DNA from: Gemmatales bacterium
GTDB taxonomy: Bacteria; Planctomycetota; Planctomycetia; Gemmatales; HRBIN36
Reading direction: 5' to 3'
NCBI GenBank assembly: GCA_041640595.1
Contig: JBEPZY010000001.1
Span: 512,001 to 576,000 of the forward strand
DNA: 64,000 nucleotides
Part shown: positions 47,097 through 56,623 of the stretch, piece after piece
Position numbering within the stretch: the first letter of the stretch is position 1
Layout of the letters: the number at the start of each line of letters is the position of its first letter
The notes under the pieces: model-generated
Seen by the model: the letters and a program-made list of their open reading frames with translations, nothing else
What the model was told of the DNA's origin: nothing
Databases searched by the model: none
Made by a program: the position numbers and the translations under genes

Positions 47097-50000
47097 ATGG
47101 TCGCCAGGAAGCTTCGACGAGTGCGCTTCTTGCTGGGCCGGGCTGGTTCTGGCAAGACTTTTCGCTGTTTGCAGGAAATTCGTGAAGAGGCCAAACGCGA
47201 GCCGCTCGGGCCGCCCTTGATTCTTCTGGTGCCGGAGCAGGCGACTTATCAAATGGACCGTGCCCTGCTCGAAGGCGATTCGCTTTCGGCAACGTTACGC
47301 TGCCAGGTTCTGTCCTTTCGCCGACTGGCGCACCTGGTGCTGGAGGAAAGTCTTAACCGCAGGCGCGTTCTCAGCGATGTTGGCCGGCAAATGGTCGTGC
47401 AAGCGTTGCTTTATCGGTATCGCTCGGAATGGCGTTTTTTTGACACGCACGGGATTCGTCCGGGCCTGACCGCCCACCTGAGCCGAATCCTCCACGAATT
47501 TCGCCAGTATCGCGTTACACCCGAGATGCTTCAGCGGGTGATAGCCCAGCTAACGAGCCAGCATGGAACCGACTGGCCCTTAGTCCGCAAGCTTACCGAT
47601 CTGGCTCGATTAGCTGCCGCCTACCAGGAATTCATCACCCAGCATTGTTACGATGGGGACGACATCGCCATCATGCTCCGCCAGGCCATTCCGAAAACGG
47701 TCTGGCTGTGCCATGCCAGGCTGTGGGTTGACAGTTTCGGCGACTTTACGAAGCAGGAGTACGAATTGCTCGAGGCCTTGCTTGAGGTAGTTAGCGAAGC
47801 CACCTTTTCGCTCTGCCTGGACCCGCAGGTTCTCGAACTAAATGAGAACAGTGTGGACACGACGCGGTTGTTTCACCGTGCTGAAGAAACCTATCGCCGG
47901 CTACGTCAGTTAGTTCCTGGTCAGACACGTGTGGAGATCGTTCGCCTGCCCCAGGAAGACTTTTGTCCACGGTTTCGGACTGCGGAACTGGCATGGATTG
48001 AACAACGAATGTTTGCCGACCTGGTAACTACGTCGCCAGTGCCGCAAGCCCCTACGGATGGTTCAGGAGTCACCGCTGTGGTAAATAACACGGCGGGGCA
48101 GCAGGCCGGTTCCACCAGTGTGGCTCCGAGTTTAGCGCAAATGCCGCATGAGACCGAAACCATTTCTTGCAAGGACAGCGTTACCTGCGTCCATCTGGTT
48201 GAAGCTACCACTCGCCGAGCCGAGGTCGAATATGCCGCCCGCACCATTCGCCGACTGGTTATGGAAGAAGGTTGGCGCTACCGGCAAATTGCCGTGATTG
48301 TGCGGGAGCTGGACGATTACCGGTCATTAATCGAGGCCGTTTTCCCCGATTACGGTATTCCCTTCTTTACCGACCAGCGGCGCAGTGTTCGTCATCATCC
48401 GCTCGTGGAGTTCGTGCGATCAGCTCTTCGCGTAGCTCTGGACAACTGGCGCCGCACCGATGTCGTTCGCTGGTTGCGAACGGAGTTTCCGATGACTGTT
48501 TCCGAACGTTCCGAGGTTCGGGAGATCGTTGACCGTTTGGAGCAATACGCTGAGGAACACGGGCTGGATGGTGCGATTTGGCGCAAACGACAATGGCGAA
48601 TCCGTCAGCCGGCAGGAGACAACCTTCCCGACTACTTGCGGCCGGAAATCCTCAATCGCGAGCGACTCCGTCTGACCGAGCCACTGCAGGAATTTTGCCA
48701 CCAGGTGGCAAATGAGTCGAACGCCCGAGAAAGCCGAGTGCCGCAAGCAATACCAGTACGGAAAGCCTTGCTGGCCTTGTGGCAAATGTTCGAGCGGTTA
48801 CGCGTCGCGGAAACGCTGGAACGATGGCAGGAACAAGCGCGTCAGGCTGGCCGACTTGACGAGGCTGCCGAGCACGTTCAGGTTTGGGAAAATCTCCTGG
48901 AATTGCTGCAGGAGATGCACTTGGCCCTGGGCGATGTCGAGCTTTCCCTGGAAGAGCTGGTGGCGGTACTCGAGGCCGGACTGGACAGCCTGACTTTGGG
49001 AATTGTTCCCCCGGCACTGGATGAGGTGCTGATCGGTGCTATTGAACGGTCACGACAACCGGAATTACGCGGCGTCTTCTTGCTCGGTGTCAACGAGGGT
49101 GTCTTTCCCCGTTTAGGCCAGGATGACCCGGTGTTGAGCGACCGCGATCGGGAGATGCTCAAGAGGCAGGGCATCGAACTGGCACCGACCAGTGAGGCGC
49201 GGCATCTTCAGGAACAGTATCTCGGCTACATTGCGTTTACGCGGGCTTCCGAGCGACTTTGGGTCAGTTACGCCCTGACGGATGACAGTAACCGGCCTTT
49301 GTTGCCATCGTCGTTCGTCGAGCGTTTGCATCGGCTCTTTCCGAATCTGAAGCCACAACGGGCAGACACAATCTCGCCGGCCAGCGAACCGTCCGCAGTG
49401 ATAACCTGGCACGAGCTGGCGACTGCTCTGGCAATCCAGGGCCGAAATCGCTCGGCTACCCGACGAACCATAATCCCAAGCGCCGAAATGTCTCCGGCTA
49501 CGGAGCGCGTCTGGTCACAGTTACGCGAAAGTTGTCGGCATCACCCGCATCTTCCTCAAGTGGTCCGCATGGCCCTGAAAGCTCCGGACTACACAAACGA
49601 GGTGGAACTGCCGACGGAGTTGGCACAGCGGCTTTTTTTGACGGGTCAGCAATTGCTTCTGACGGTGTCGGAACTGGAAAGTTACGCGTGGTGCCCCTTT
49701 CAATTTTTCGCCAGCAGCGGGTTGCGGTTGCGACCCCGGCAATCCTTTCGCTTATCCCGTCAGGATTTGGGGCAGCTTCTGCACCATGTGTTACAGTGTT
49801 TCCTGAACCGCTACGTGCTGGAGTTTCCCCTCGGTGGAGACTCTCTTGAAGAACACAGTAAGGCCAAAACGAGCGCGGAGTCTCAGACCGAAAGGGAGCA
49901 ACGCCTGTTAAAAGTGCTGCACGAGGTTGCGGAGGCGGTAATCCAGGAACTCGACGACGACCGGTTCCAACAAACTGCTCGCCGAAAATACGTCTGGCGT

Positions 50001-50891
50001 CAGGCCTGCCGCATCCTGAGCAGTTACGTACTGGCTCTCGATGCCCAATTGCGCGCGGGGGCGTTTGTTCCTCATCGGTGGGAATTACCATTCGGCCACA
50101 ATCAGCCAGGCTCCGCGTTTTTTAGCGTAACACTCACTGAGACAGGCGAGAATGACCCAGGCGAATCCTGGGTACTCATTCCGCGTGGTCGGGTAGATCG
50201 AATTGATGTGGTTCCCAGTCCGGCGACTGGTTCACCGCTGGAAGCAACCGAGCAGAACGAACCTTTGGGCAGTGAGAAGTCGCAATCGGCCGCCTGGCTT
50301 CGTGTGGTGGATTACAAACTCTCCCCGTCTAAGCTGTACCTGGATCGCGTTTATTACGGGCTGGACTTGCAGCTCATGATGTATTTGTTGGTAGCGCAGC
50401 AGTTGTACGGTGAGCAGGTGCGATTGGCTGGGGCGTTTTATGCACCGCTGCGATCGCCCGGGCAGAGCGTGTCCGAACGCAGAGAAAGTAGCTGGCGAGA
50501 ATGGTTACGCGGTTACCGTTTGCGTGGCGTCCTCGTGACCGAAGCGGCGTCGCTATTTGATTTGAAATCCGAATCGGGTTGGTCGCCGTATGTCCAGCTT
50601 TTCTGGAAGAAAGACGGTACTTTGGGGTATGAATCGAATTCGGACACGCTCAACGGGGCTCTGTTGCAAGGTCTTGCCGGGCATGTGCGCAACCAGCTTC
50701 GACAGATCGGGCTAAGCATCCTGCAAGGCCGAATCGCAGTGCAGCCAGCTTTCCATCGGGACCACCTCCCTTGCACACTGTGTGCCCTGGCCAGTGTTTG
50801 CCGTTTCGATCGCAGTTTGGATACCTACCGGCGTTTGCCAACCCGGAACAAGAACGAAATCATCCAGGAGCTCGAGGGTTCTGCATCATGA
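47097..50891 (+). CDS. addB: ATP-dependent helicase/nuclease subunit B
   Basis: LGRAGSGKT, LVPEQAT, VLSFRRLA, GVNEGVFP, YIAFTRASERL, Fe-S cysteines (WCPFQFF ... CTLCALASVC), RGRVDRID...VVDYK. Confidence 0.93.
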   Translation: MVARKLRRVRFLLGRAGSGKTFRCLQEIREEAKREPLGPPLILLVPEQATYQMDRALLEGDSLSATLRCQVLSFRRLAHLVLEESLNRRRVLSDVGRQMVVQALLYRYRSEWRFFDTHGIRPGLTAHLSRILHEFRQYRVTPEMLQRVIAQLTSQHGTDWPLVRKLTDLARLAAAYQEFITQHCYDGDDIAIMLRQAIPKTVWLCHARLWVDSFGDFTKQEYELLEALLEVVSEATFSLCLDPQVLELNENSVDTTRLFHRAEETYRRLRQLVPGQTRVEIVRLPQEDFCPRFRTAELAWIEQRMFADLVTTSPVPQAPTDGSGVTAVVNNTAGQQAGSTSVAPSLAQMPHETETISCKDSVTCVHLVEATTRRAEVEYAARTIRRLVMEEGWRYRQIAVIVRELDDYRSLIEAVFPDYGIPFFTDQRRSVRHHPLVEFVRSALRVALDNWRRTDVVRWLRTEFPMTVSERSEVREIVDRLEQYAEEHGLDGAIWRKRQWRIRQPAGDNLPDYLRPEILNRERLRLTEPLQEFCHQVANESNARESRVPQAIPVRKALLALWQMFERLRVAETLERWQEQARQAGRLDEAAEHVQVWENLLELLQEMHLALGDVELSLEELVAVLEAGLDSLTLGIVPPALDEVLIGAIERSRQPELRGVFLLGVNEGVFPRLGQDDPVLSDRDREMLKRQGIELAPTSEARHLQEQYLGYIAFTRASERLWVSYALTDDSNRPLLPSSFVERLHRLFPNLKPQRADTISPASEPSAVITWHELATALAIQGRNRSATRRTIIPSAEMSPATERVWSQLRESCRHHPHLPQVVRMALKAPDYTNEVELPTELAQRLFLTGQQLLLTVSELESYAWCPFQFFASSGLRLRPRQSFRLSRQDLGQLLHHVLQCFLNRYVLEFPLGGDSLEEHSKAKTSAESQTEREQRLLKVLHEVAEAVIQELDDDRFQQTARRKYVWRQACRILSSYVLALDAQLRAGAFVPHRWELPFGHNQPGSAFFSVTLTETGENDPGESWVLIPRGRVDRIDVVPSPATGSPLEATEQNEPLGSEKSQSAAWLRVVDYKLSPSKLYLDRVYYGLDLQLMMYLLVAQQLYGEQVRLAGAFYAPLRSPGQSVSERRESSWREWLRGYRLRGVLVTEAASLFDLKSESGWSPYVQLFWKKDGTLGYESNSDTLNGALLQGLAGHVRNQLRQIGLSILQGRIAVQPAFHRDHLPCTLCALASVCRFDRSLDTYRRLPTRNKNEIIQELEGSAS

Positions 50892-53800
50892 TCGAATTGA
50901 CACCCGAGCAACGCATGGCAGTTTATCTCGACTGTCCCCGCTTGCTGGTCAGCGCCAGCGCTGGCACGGGCAAGACTCAGGTTCTGACGCAACGCTATTT
51001 GCGGTTGGTGCTGGAGCGTCAAGTCGAAGTCGGGCAGATCGTAGCGGTAACCTTCACCGAAGCGGCAGCGGCGGAAATGCGCTCCAGAATCGGCCAGGCG
51101 TTGCGAAGTCGTTTGCAGTCGCCCGGCGCGGGAATTCAGGCCGATTGGTTGCGGCGACAACTGCTGCTATTGGAACGGGCTCCGATATGCACGCTGCATA
51201 GTTTTTGCCTGCGGATGGTGCGGGAATTTTTCTTTTTGCTGGATCTCGACCCGGACTTTTCGGTTCTGGATGCCGCTGAAGCGGCCGTGCTGAAAGCGGA
51301 CGTCCTGGAAGATACGCTGGAGCGATGGTTTGAACAATGCCCTGACGGGGTTGACGACGAAGCGTTTCACCGGCTGGTGGACGAATACGGGGGCCTCCTG
51401 GCCGGCGAGCATTTGTCCCATCTATTGCTGGAACTCGATGCGTTCCTGAATACTTTGCCGGACGCTCAAGCCTGGTGGGACGATGTTGTTTCGCTTCACG
51501 AAAAACCCGACCCGCTATCGGCAAAAACAGAGCGGCTCCGGCTGATCTGGAAGACTATTCCCGCTGAGCAGCACCAGGAAGCTATCGAGGAACTGCGTCA
51601 GCTCGCTCCACTGGTGCGTGTGCTCCGTGCCTTACATGCCGAGTTTGCCGAGACGTACTGGAAGCGGAAATTGCAAAGGGCCTGCGTGGATTTCGACGAC
51701 CTGGAAAAGCTCGCCTGGAAACTTCTCCGCGAACATCCCCGAATTCGAGACGAATTGCGACACCGTTACCGGCACATTCTGGTGGACGAGTACCAGGACA
51801 TCAATCCGCTCCAGAACGCCATTCTGGAATGTTTGCACGGAAATGACCCTCATAACCAATGGTTCATGGTGGGCGATGTGAAACAAAGTATTTACGGTTT
51901 CCGGTTGGCTTGTCCGGCCTTATTTCAGGAAAAGGTGCTTCGGTATCTTCGGGTATCGCCATCGCCGGAAGCCAGCTCGCCAGCACAGTGCGATTTGCCG
52001 CAATTATTGGACAAAGACCTGCCCGGCATACGTGTAGCGTTGACCAAGAATTTCCGGAGCCGACGTACCGTTCTCGATACGATCAACGCCGTCTTTGAGC
52101 AGATCGCTGCCGGTGGTGCCTTTGGTATGCAATACGATGAATCGGAGCAGTTGCACTATGCGTCGGAATACTACGAATCAGCTGGCGAATCGAGCCACGA
52201 AGAACCGGTTTCGCTTCACCTTGTGCCCGGCGCAGCCGAAGAGCAGAATGAATCCGAGGGGGACGAGGCGTCAGCAAATCCGTGGCGAGTGTGGGAGCGG
52301 TTGGAAAACGAGGCTACGGTTGCGGCTGACCTTATTCGCCAGTGGGTTGGTCAGCGTCTCATTTGGGATGTGGAAAAGCGACAATTTCGCCCCGCGGAGT
52401 TTCGCGACATCGCTATTCTGATGCGAGCGGTGCAGGGCAAGGCCGGGACGGTGGTGCGGGCGCTTCGGCAAAACGGTATCCCGGTGCATGCGGAGTTACG
52501 CTCCGGTTTCTGGGAAGCCCTGGAGGTTCGGGACATGCTGGCGGTGCTCGAATTGTTGCGCAATCCTCTGGACGATGTGCCCCTGGCTGCGGTGTTGCGT
52601 TCGCCCTTAGTGGGACTGAGTGCGGCCGAGTTGGCGGAAATTCGCCTGGGTCAGCGCGACGGTCCGTTTTATGTCGCGGTGCACCGTTACGCTCACCACG
52701 AAAGCGGTCCAGTGGCGGAACGGTTACGCACGTTTTTAGGTCAGTTGCAGATGTGGCGAGAACGTGCGTGCCGGCAATCTATTGCGCGCTTGCTTTGGGA
52801 CATTTATCGCGAGACCGGGTATCTCGCTTTCGTACAAGGATTGCCTGATGGTGCAGCCCGGTATGCCAATTTGATCGCGCTGCACGACCGCGCTCGACAG
52901 TTCGAAGCTGGTTCGGGAGGGGATGTCGCACGCTTTCTGCACTACCTGGAACGGTTGCGGCAGCAGGAACAGGATTTCGGCACGGCTTCGGTCTCCGTGC
53001 CGGCGGAAAACGTCGTTCGGCTCATGAGCATCCATCAAAGCAAAGGGCTGGAGTTTCCCATTGTGCTGATCCTGGACATCGGCAGTCAGTTCAATGAGGA
53101 ATCGCTCCGGGGATCGCTTTTGTTCCATCGGGACTTGTTACTGGGAGCGAGGGTGCAGGATGAACGCGGTGTCTATCGCTGGCCGAGCCGACTTTACGAA
53201 CAGATCCAGGCCCAGCTGCGCCGGGATTTGCTGGCAGAGGAACTGCGTTTGCTTTATGTGGCCATGACCCGGGCCCGCGAATGCCTGGCATTGATCGGGA
53301 CGCAAACTCGTTCAACTCAAGCGAGCAAGAGTCGAACAAAAACCGCCAGCAACGCCGCGAAACGAACTGCTACCGATACGGGTAATTCCAACCAATCGGA
53401 CGGTAACGTTGATTCAGAGAAACTTCCGCCGCCGGAGAAACTGCGTTCCCATCTCGAGTGGGTGCTTCCCGTCTTCAAGAGGCTCTCCACGCAACTGAGC
53501 ACTCTGGCTCTTCGCGAATGGAACAGTCTGGAACTGGCGGAGATGAGGCAACGTCTCAGTGCATCCTGGGCAGTCAAAGCCGATGGGGAGACGGTAACTG
53601 ATGCGAACCCGGATTTGCCGTCCGAAGCAACCCGGATGACCGAGACCGATGCGGCGCGGCTGGCGAACGAGACCTTGCGGCGAGTGACGTGGCAATATCC
53701 GTATTTGGCTGCCACGCGATTACCGGGCAAAACCTCGCCGACACGCTGGCGACTGTGGCTGCAACTGGATCCCGAGACGGTCACCTGGCCACAGGTCGTG

Positions 53801-54418
53801 CACCGTTGTCGCACTGTGCCGGCGCCTTCGTTCGTCGCTGCCACAAAGCCCACTCTCTCCGCTGTCGAACGAGGTCTGTTGACGCATCGGTTTTTGCGGC
53901 ATTTGCAACTGACTGGTCGGCCAGTTCATCAGGTCGAGGAACTTCAGCGCCAACTCCGAGTCATGCAGGAGCAGGGCATCTTTAGCGAGCCGGAACTGGC
54001 AGGCGTGGACCTGGAAGCGGTCGCTGCTTTCTTTGCCCGACCGTTGGGCCAACGGCTGGTCAAGGCCTCGCGTTTTCGGCGGGAAATTCCTTTCAGCCTG
54101 GTGGTTCCCGCCATTGCCATGCCCGAATTGGGAAAACTTATCTCCGTTTCGGCCAAAGAATCCGAAACGCTCTCCGAGGAAAAAATCCTTGTTCAAGGCA
54201 TCATGGACGCGCTTTTTTGGGAACGGGGTACCAGTGGGCCGGTTTTGCTTGACTATAAAACGGACGTCCTTGCTCCAGATCAAGTGATTCAGGCAGCTGA
54301 GAGCTATCGGCCGCAATTATCGCTATATGCCCGAGCGGTTCACGAGGCTTTAGGAGAAATATGCCGCGAAATCTGGGCAGTCTTCCTGACGGCCCGGCAG
54401 GATATTCGCTTGCTGTGA
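50888..54418 (+). CDS. addA: ATP-dependent helicase/nuclease subunit A
   Basis: SASAGTGKT, VTFTEAAAAEM, TLHSFC, VDEYQDIN, VGDVKQSIYGFR, NFRS, SIHQSKGLEF, LLYVAMTRA, QGIMD...LDYKTD; ATGA overlap with addB. Confidence 0.95.
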   Translation: MIELTPEQRMAVYLDCPRLLVSASAGTGKTQVLTQRYLRLVLERQVEVGQIVAVTFTEAAAAEMRSRIGQALRSRLQSPGAGIQADWLRRQLLLLERAPICTLHSFCLRMVREFFFLLDLDPDFSVLDAAEAAVLKADVLEDTLERWFEQCPDGVDDEAFHRLVDEYGGLLAGEHLSHLLLELDAFLNTLPDAQAWWDDVVSLHEKPDPLSAKTERLRLIWKTIPAEQHQEAIEELRQLAPLVRVLRALHAEFAETYWKRKLQRACVDFDDLEKLAWKLLREHPRIRDELRHRYRHILVDEYQDINPLQNAILECLHGNDPHNQWFMVGDVKQSIYGFRLACPALFQEKVLRYLRVSPSPEASSPAQCDLPQLLDKDLPGIRVALTKNFRSRRTVLDTINAVFEQIAAGGAFGMQYDESEQLHYASEYYESAGESSHEEPVSLHLVPGAAEEQNESEGDEASANPWRVWERLENEATVAADLIRQWVGQRLIWDVEKRQFRPAEFRDIAILMRAVQGKAGTVVRALRQNGIPVHAELRSGFWEALEVRDMLAVLELLRNPLDDVPLAAVLRSPLVGLSAAELAEIRLGQRDGPFYVAVHRYAHHESGPVAERLRTFLGQLQMWRERACRQSIARLLWDIYRETGYLAFVQGLPDGAARYANLIALHDRARQFEAGSGGDVARFLHYLERLRQQEQDFGTASVSVPAENVVRLMSIHQSKGLEFPIVLILDIGSQFNEESLRGSLLFHRDLLLGARVQDERGVYRWPSRLYEQIQAQLRRDLLAEELRLLYVAMTRARECLALIGTQTRSTQASKSRTKTASNAAKRTATDTGNSNQSDGNVDSEKLPPPEKLRSHLEWVLPVFKRLSTQLSTLALREWNSLELAEMRQRLSASWAVKADGETVTDANPDLPSEATRMTETDAARLANETLRRVTWQYPYLAATRLPGKTSPTRWRLWLQLDPETVTWPQVVHRCRTVPAPSFVAATKPTLSAVERGLLTHRFLRHLQLTGRPVHQVEELQRQLRVMQEQGIFSEPELAGVDLEAVAAFFARPLGQRLVKASRFRREIPFSLVVPAIAMPELGKLISVSAKESETLSEEKILVQGIMDALFWERGTSGPVLLDYKTDVLAPDQVIQAAESYRPQLSLYARAVHEALGEICREIWAVFLTARQDIRLL

Positions 54419-54478
54419 AGCTTCCGGCGTAGGTGAACAATACCACTTGCCGACATACGCAAAGATTGGAAAATCGCC

Positions 54479-55171
54479 GTGTTTGCCGCACTGACAGCTC
54501 TAGCGATGACCGCCGCTACTGGTTTGTTGTGCGCTATGAGCCTGGCGGCTCGGGATAGCCATCCTGCAGCGGTACTGGTTTGGTTCGCGGTCGGGAGTAC
54601 CGGTGGGTTGTGCGGCGGTGTGGCATTCGCCTGGTTGGTTGCCCAGCTGAGGCAATTCACCGCTCCTCACCGCGGACAAAGGCGACCGGTTACTGGACAG
54701 ACATCTGGTTCGGTTAAGCGTCCCGATACAGCCGTCACCGAGACCGCGCTCAATCCAGGCAACTCCCTGACGGACGCTTCTCGAATGCCCGCGTGGAACG
54801 GTGAAAGCGACGATGGGAAACGTGTCCCATGGGAAGTATTAGCTGCCTGGGCGGATACAGGCTGGACGCTGGGATTAGCCGCGGTCATTGCATTAGATGC
54901 AAACGATTGGCTTACCTCGGATGACGCCTACATCTATTCGGCCATACTGCCGGTAGCAGCGGCTGGTGTTGCTGTTGCCTGGGGCGTCTTGAAGATGCGT
55001 CGCCGAGGGTTATGCCTTTCACCCGGGCGTACCGCTCTGGCTTTGGTCTGCGGATTGCTGACCGGCATGCTAGTAATAGCCGGCTGGGCTGGTCTGGGCG
55101 ATTTGATGCGTGGCATGCTGGCGGTAGTTGTCGGCGTTCATCTGGCAGTAACTTTCGCCACTATTGCGTAA
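54479..55171 (+). CDS. Hypothetical integral membrane protein
   Basis: About 6 hydrophobic segments with a polar linker; start uncertain. Confidence 0.6.
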   Translation: MFAALTALAMTAATGLLCAMSLAARDSHPAAVLVWFAVGSTGGLCGGVAFAWLVAQLRQFTAPHRGQRRPVTGQTSGSVKRPDTAVTETALNPGNSLTDASRMPAWNGESDDGKRVPWEVLAAWADTGWTLGLAAVIALDANDWLTSDDAYIYSAILPVAAAGVAVAWGVLKMRRRGLCLSPGRTALALVCGLLTGMLVIAGWAGLGDLMRGMLAVVVGVHLAVTFATIA

Positions 55172-55437
55172 TGGTTTATCGAAACACGACCCGGCGACTT
55201 TAGCGCACTGTGAAGTGAGCCAGTAGAAACACCGGCCGGGTTCACGAAGGTGGTCGGCTTGGGCAACCACTAATCTACGGCGTGTCGGCATCTGGAAGGA
55301 AATCACTGCTCCGGGCCAGCCTCCTTCACCGCTGGCACAACCGTGCCTTTTTCACCGCTGCTGTCGCATAGTGGGAACCAATGTCATTCACCTTGACCGC
55401 TGGCACGATCCTGGCCGCATTCTACAATAGCAATGCC

Positions 55438-56538
55438 ATGAACGCGAGCTTGCGAACTTTGCTGGTACTGTTGCGACTGGCCATCGGCTGGCATTTGCTG
55501 GTCGAAGGTTACGTGAAGCTCCATTCTATCTGGACTGGGCCGACCGACTCGAAACAGCCCTTTACCAGCCGATCCTATTTGCAGCAATCCCACGGGCCTT
55601 TCAGCGGATTTTTCAAATGGCTGGCCGGGGATGATCCGGACGATTTGCTGGTGCAGCGCTTGACCCTAGAGGGAGAAGGTGAGCAGCCTCGCCTTAGCCG
55701 ACCTATGCGCACTTACTGGGAACAGTATCTGGAAAACTTTGTTCGCACGTATCAAGTGGAAGGCAAGGATGTGCTCGAATTGCGTAAAAAGCTCGAAGAG
55801 CATACCATTCAGTTGATAGGTTGGATACGTAGGGGTGAAGAGCAATGGGAAATGCCCACCGATTGGGGCCCGGTTAGAAGGAAACAGAAAGTAAAGGCCT
55901 GGCTTGACGAATATGTTCGCACGCTGTCCGAACTGCGTGAACTGGAAGGGCGAGAACGACAGTATTTTGAACACCCTGTCGGTATCGAACGAGCGAACCG
56001 CTTGCGTCGCCAGGTCGCATGGTATCGTGAGCAATTTACCACGGCCCTGAATAGTCGGACCCAGGATTTGTTGCGAGCGTGGCGAGAGATACTGCCTCCG
56101 GAAAAACGCAGTACTCGCTCGGCCGTGACTATTCCTGAGCCGGTTACCAATCCCGTATGGCTGGGCCGACCGGTAATCTGGTGGGTAGATCGAGCTACTG
56201 CCTGGGGCCTGACTGTTTCCGGGTTGCTTTTGCTCTTTGGCCTATGGAGTCGCCTGGGGGCATGGCTCGGTGCCTTGCTGGTATTGATGTTCTACCTGTG
56301 CCAACCACCGTTACCCTGGGTGCCTTTACCGGAGCGAGCCGAGGGGTATTATCTCTACGTGAACAAAAACCTGATCGAGGCACTGGCTCTCGCGGTGCTT
56401 GGTGTGGTGCCCAGCGGACGATGGTTTGGTTTAGACGGACTGATTCACGCAATTTTCGGGAAACGGACGAATCAAACCGCTGCGGTAACGAGTGCAGGAA
56501 CAGCAACACCACCTGCGCAAGAGCGAACCCCAGGCTAG
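55438..56538 (+). CDS. DoxX family membrane protein with large soluble insertion
   Basis: LLRLAIGWHLLVEG..K, YL..S.GPF, GL.LLFGLWSR, MFYL..PP.P, YVNKNLIE, GRWFGLD. Confidence 0.88.
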   Translation: MNASLRTLLVLLRLAIGWHLLVEGYVKLHSIWTGPTDSKQPFTSRSYLQQSHGPFSGFFKWLAGDDPDDLLVQRLTLEGEGEQPRLSRPMRTYWEQYLENFVRTYQVEGKDVLELRKKLEEHTIQLIGWIRRGEEQWEMPTDWGPVRRKQKVKAWLDEYVRTLSELRELEGRERQYFEHPVGIERANRLRRQVAWYREQFTTALNSRTQDLLRAWREILPPEKRSTRSAVTIPEPVTNPVWLGRPVIWWVDRATAWGLTVSGLLLLFGLWSRLGAWLGALLVLMFYLCQPPLPWVPLPERAEGYYLYVNKNLIEALALAVLGVVPSGRWFGLDGLIHAIFGKRTNQTAAVTSAGTATPPAQERTPG

Positions 56539-56623
56539 GCTCGCGGATAAATCAACAGGCCGACGTGATCCTGGGGAAAAAATAGCTGACGAGGCTAAAT
56601 AGTCCCAGACGGAGGAAATCGCA

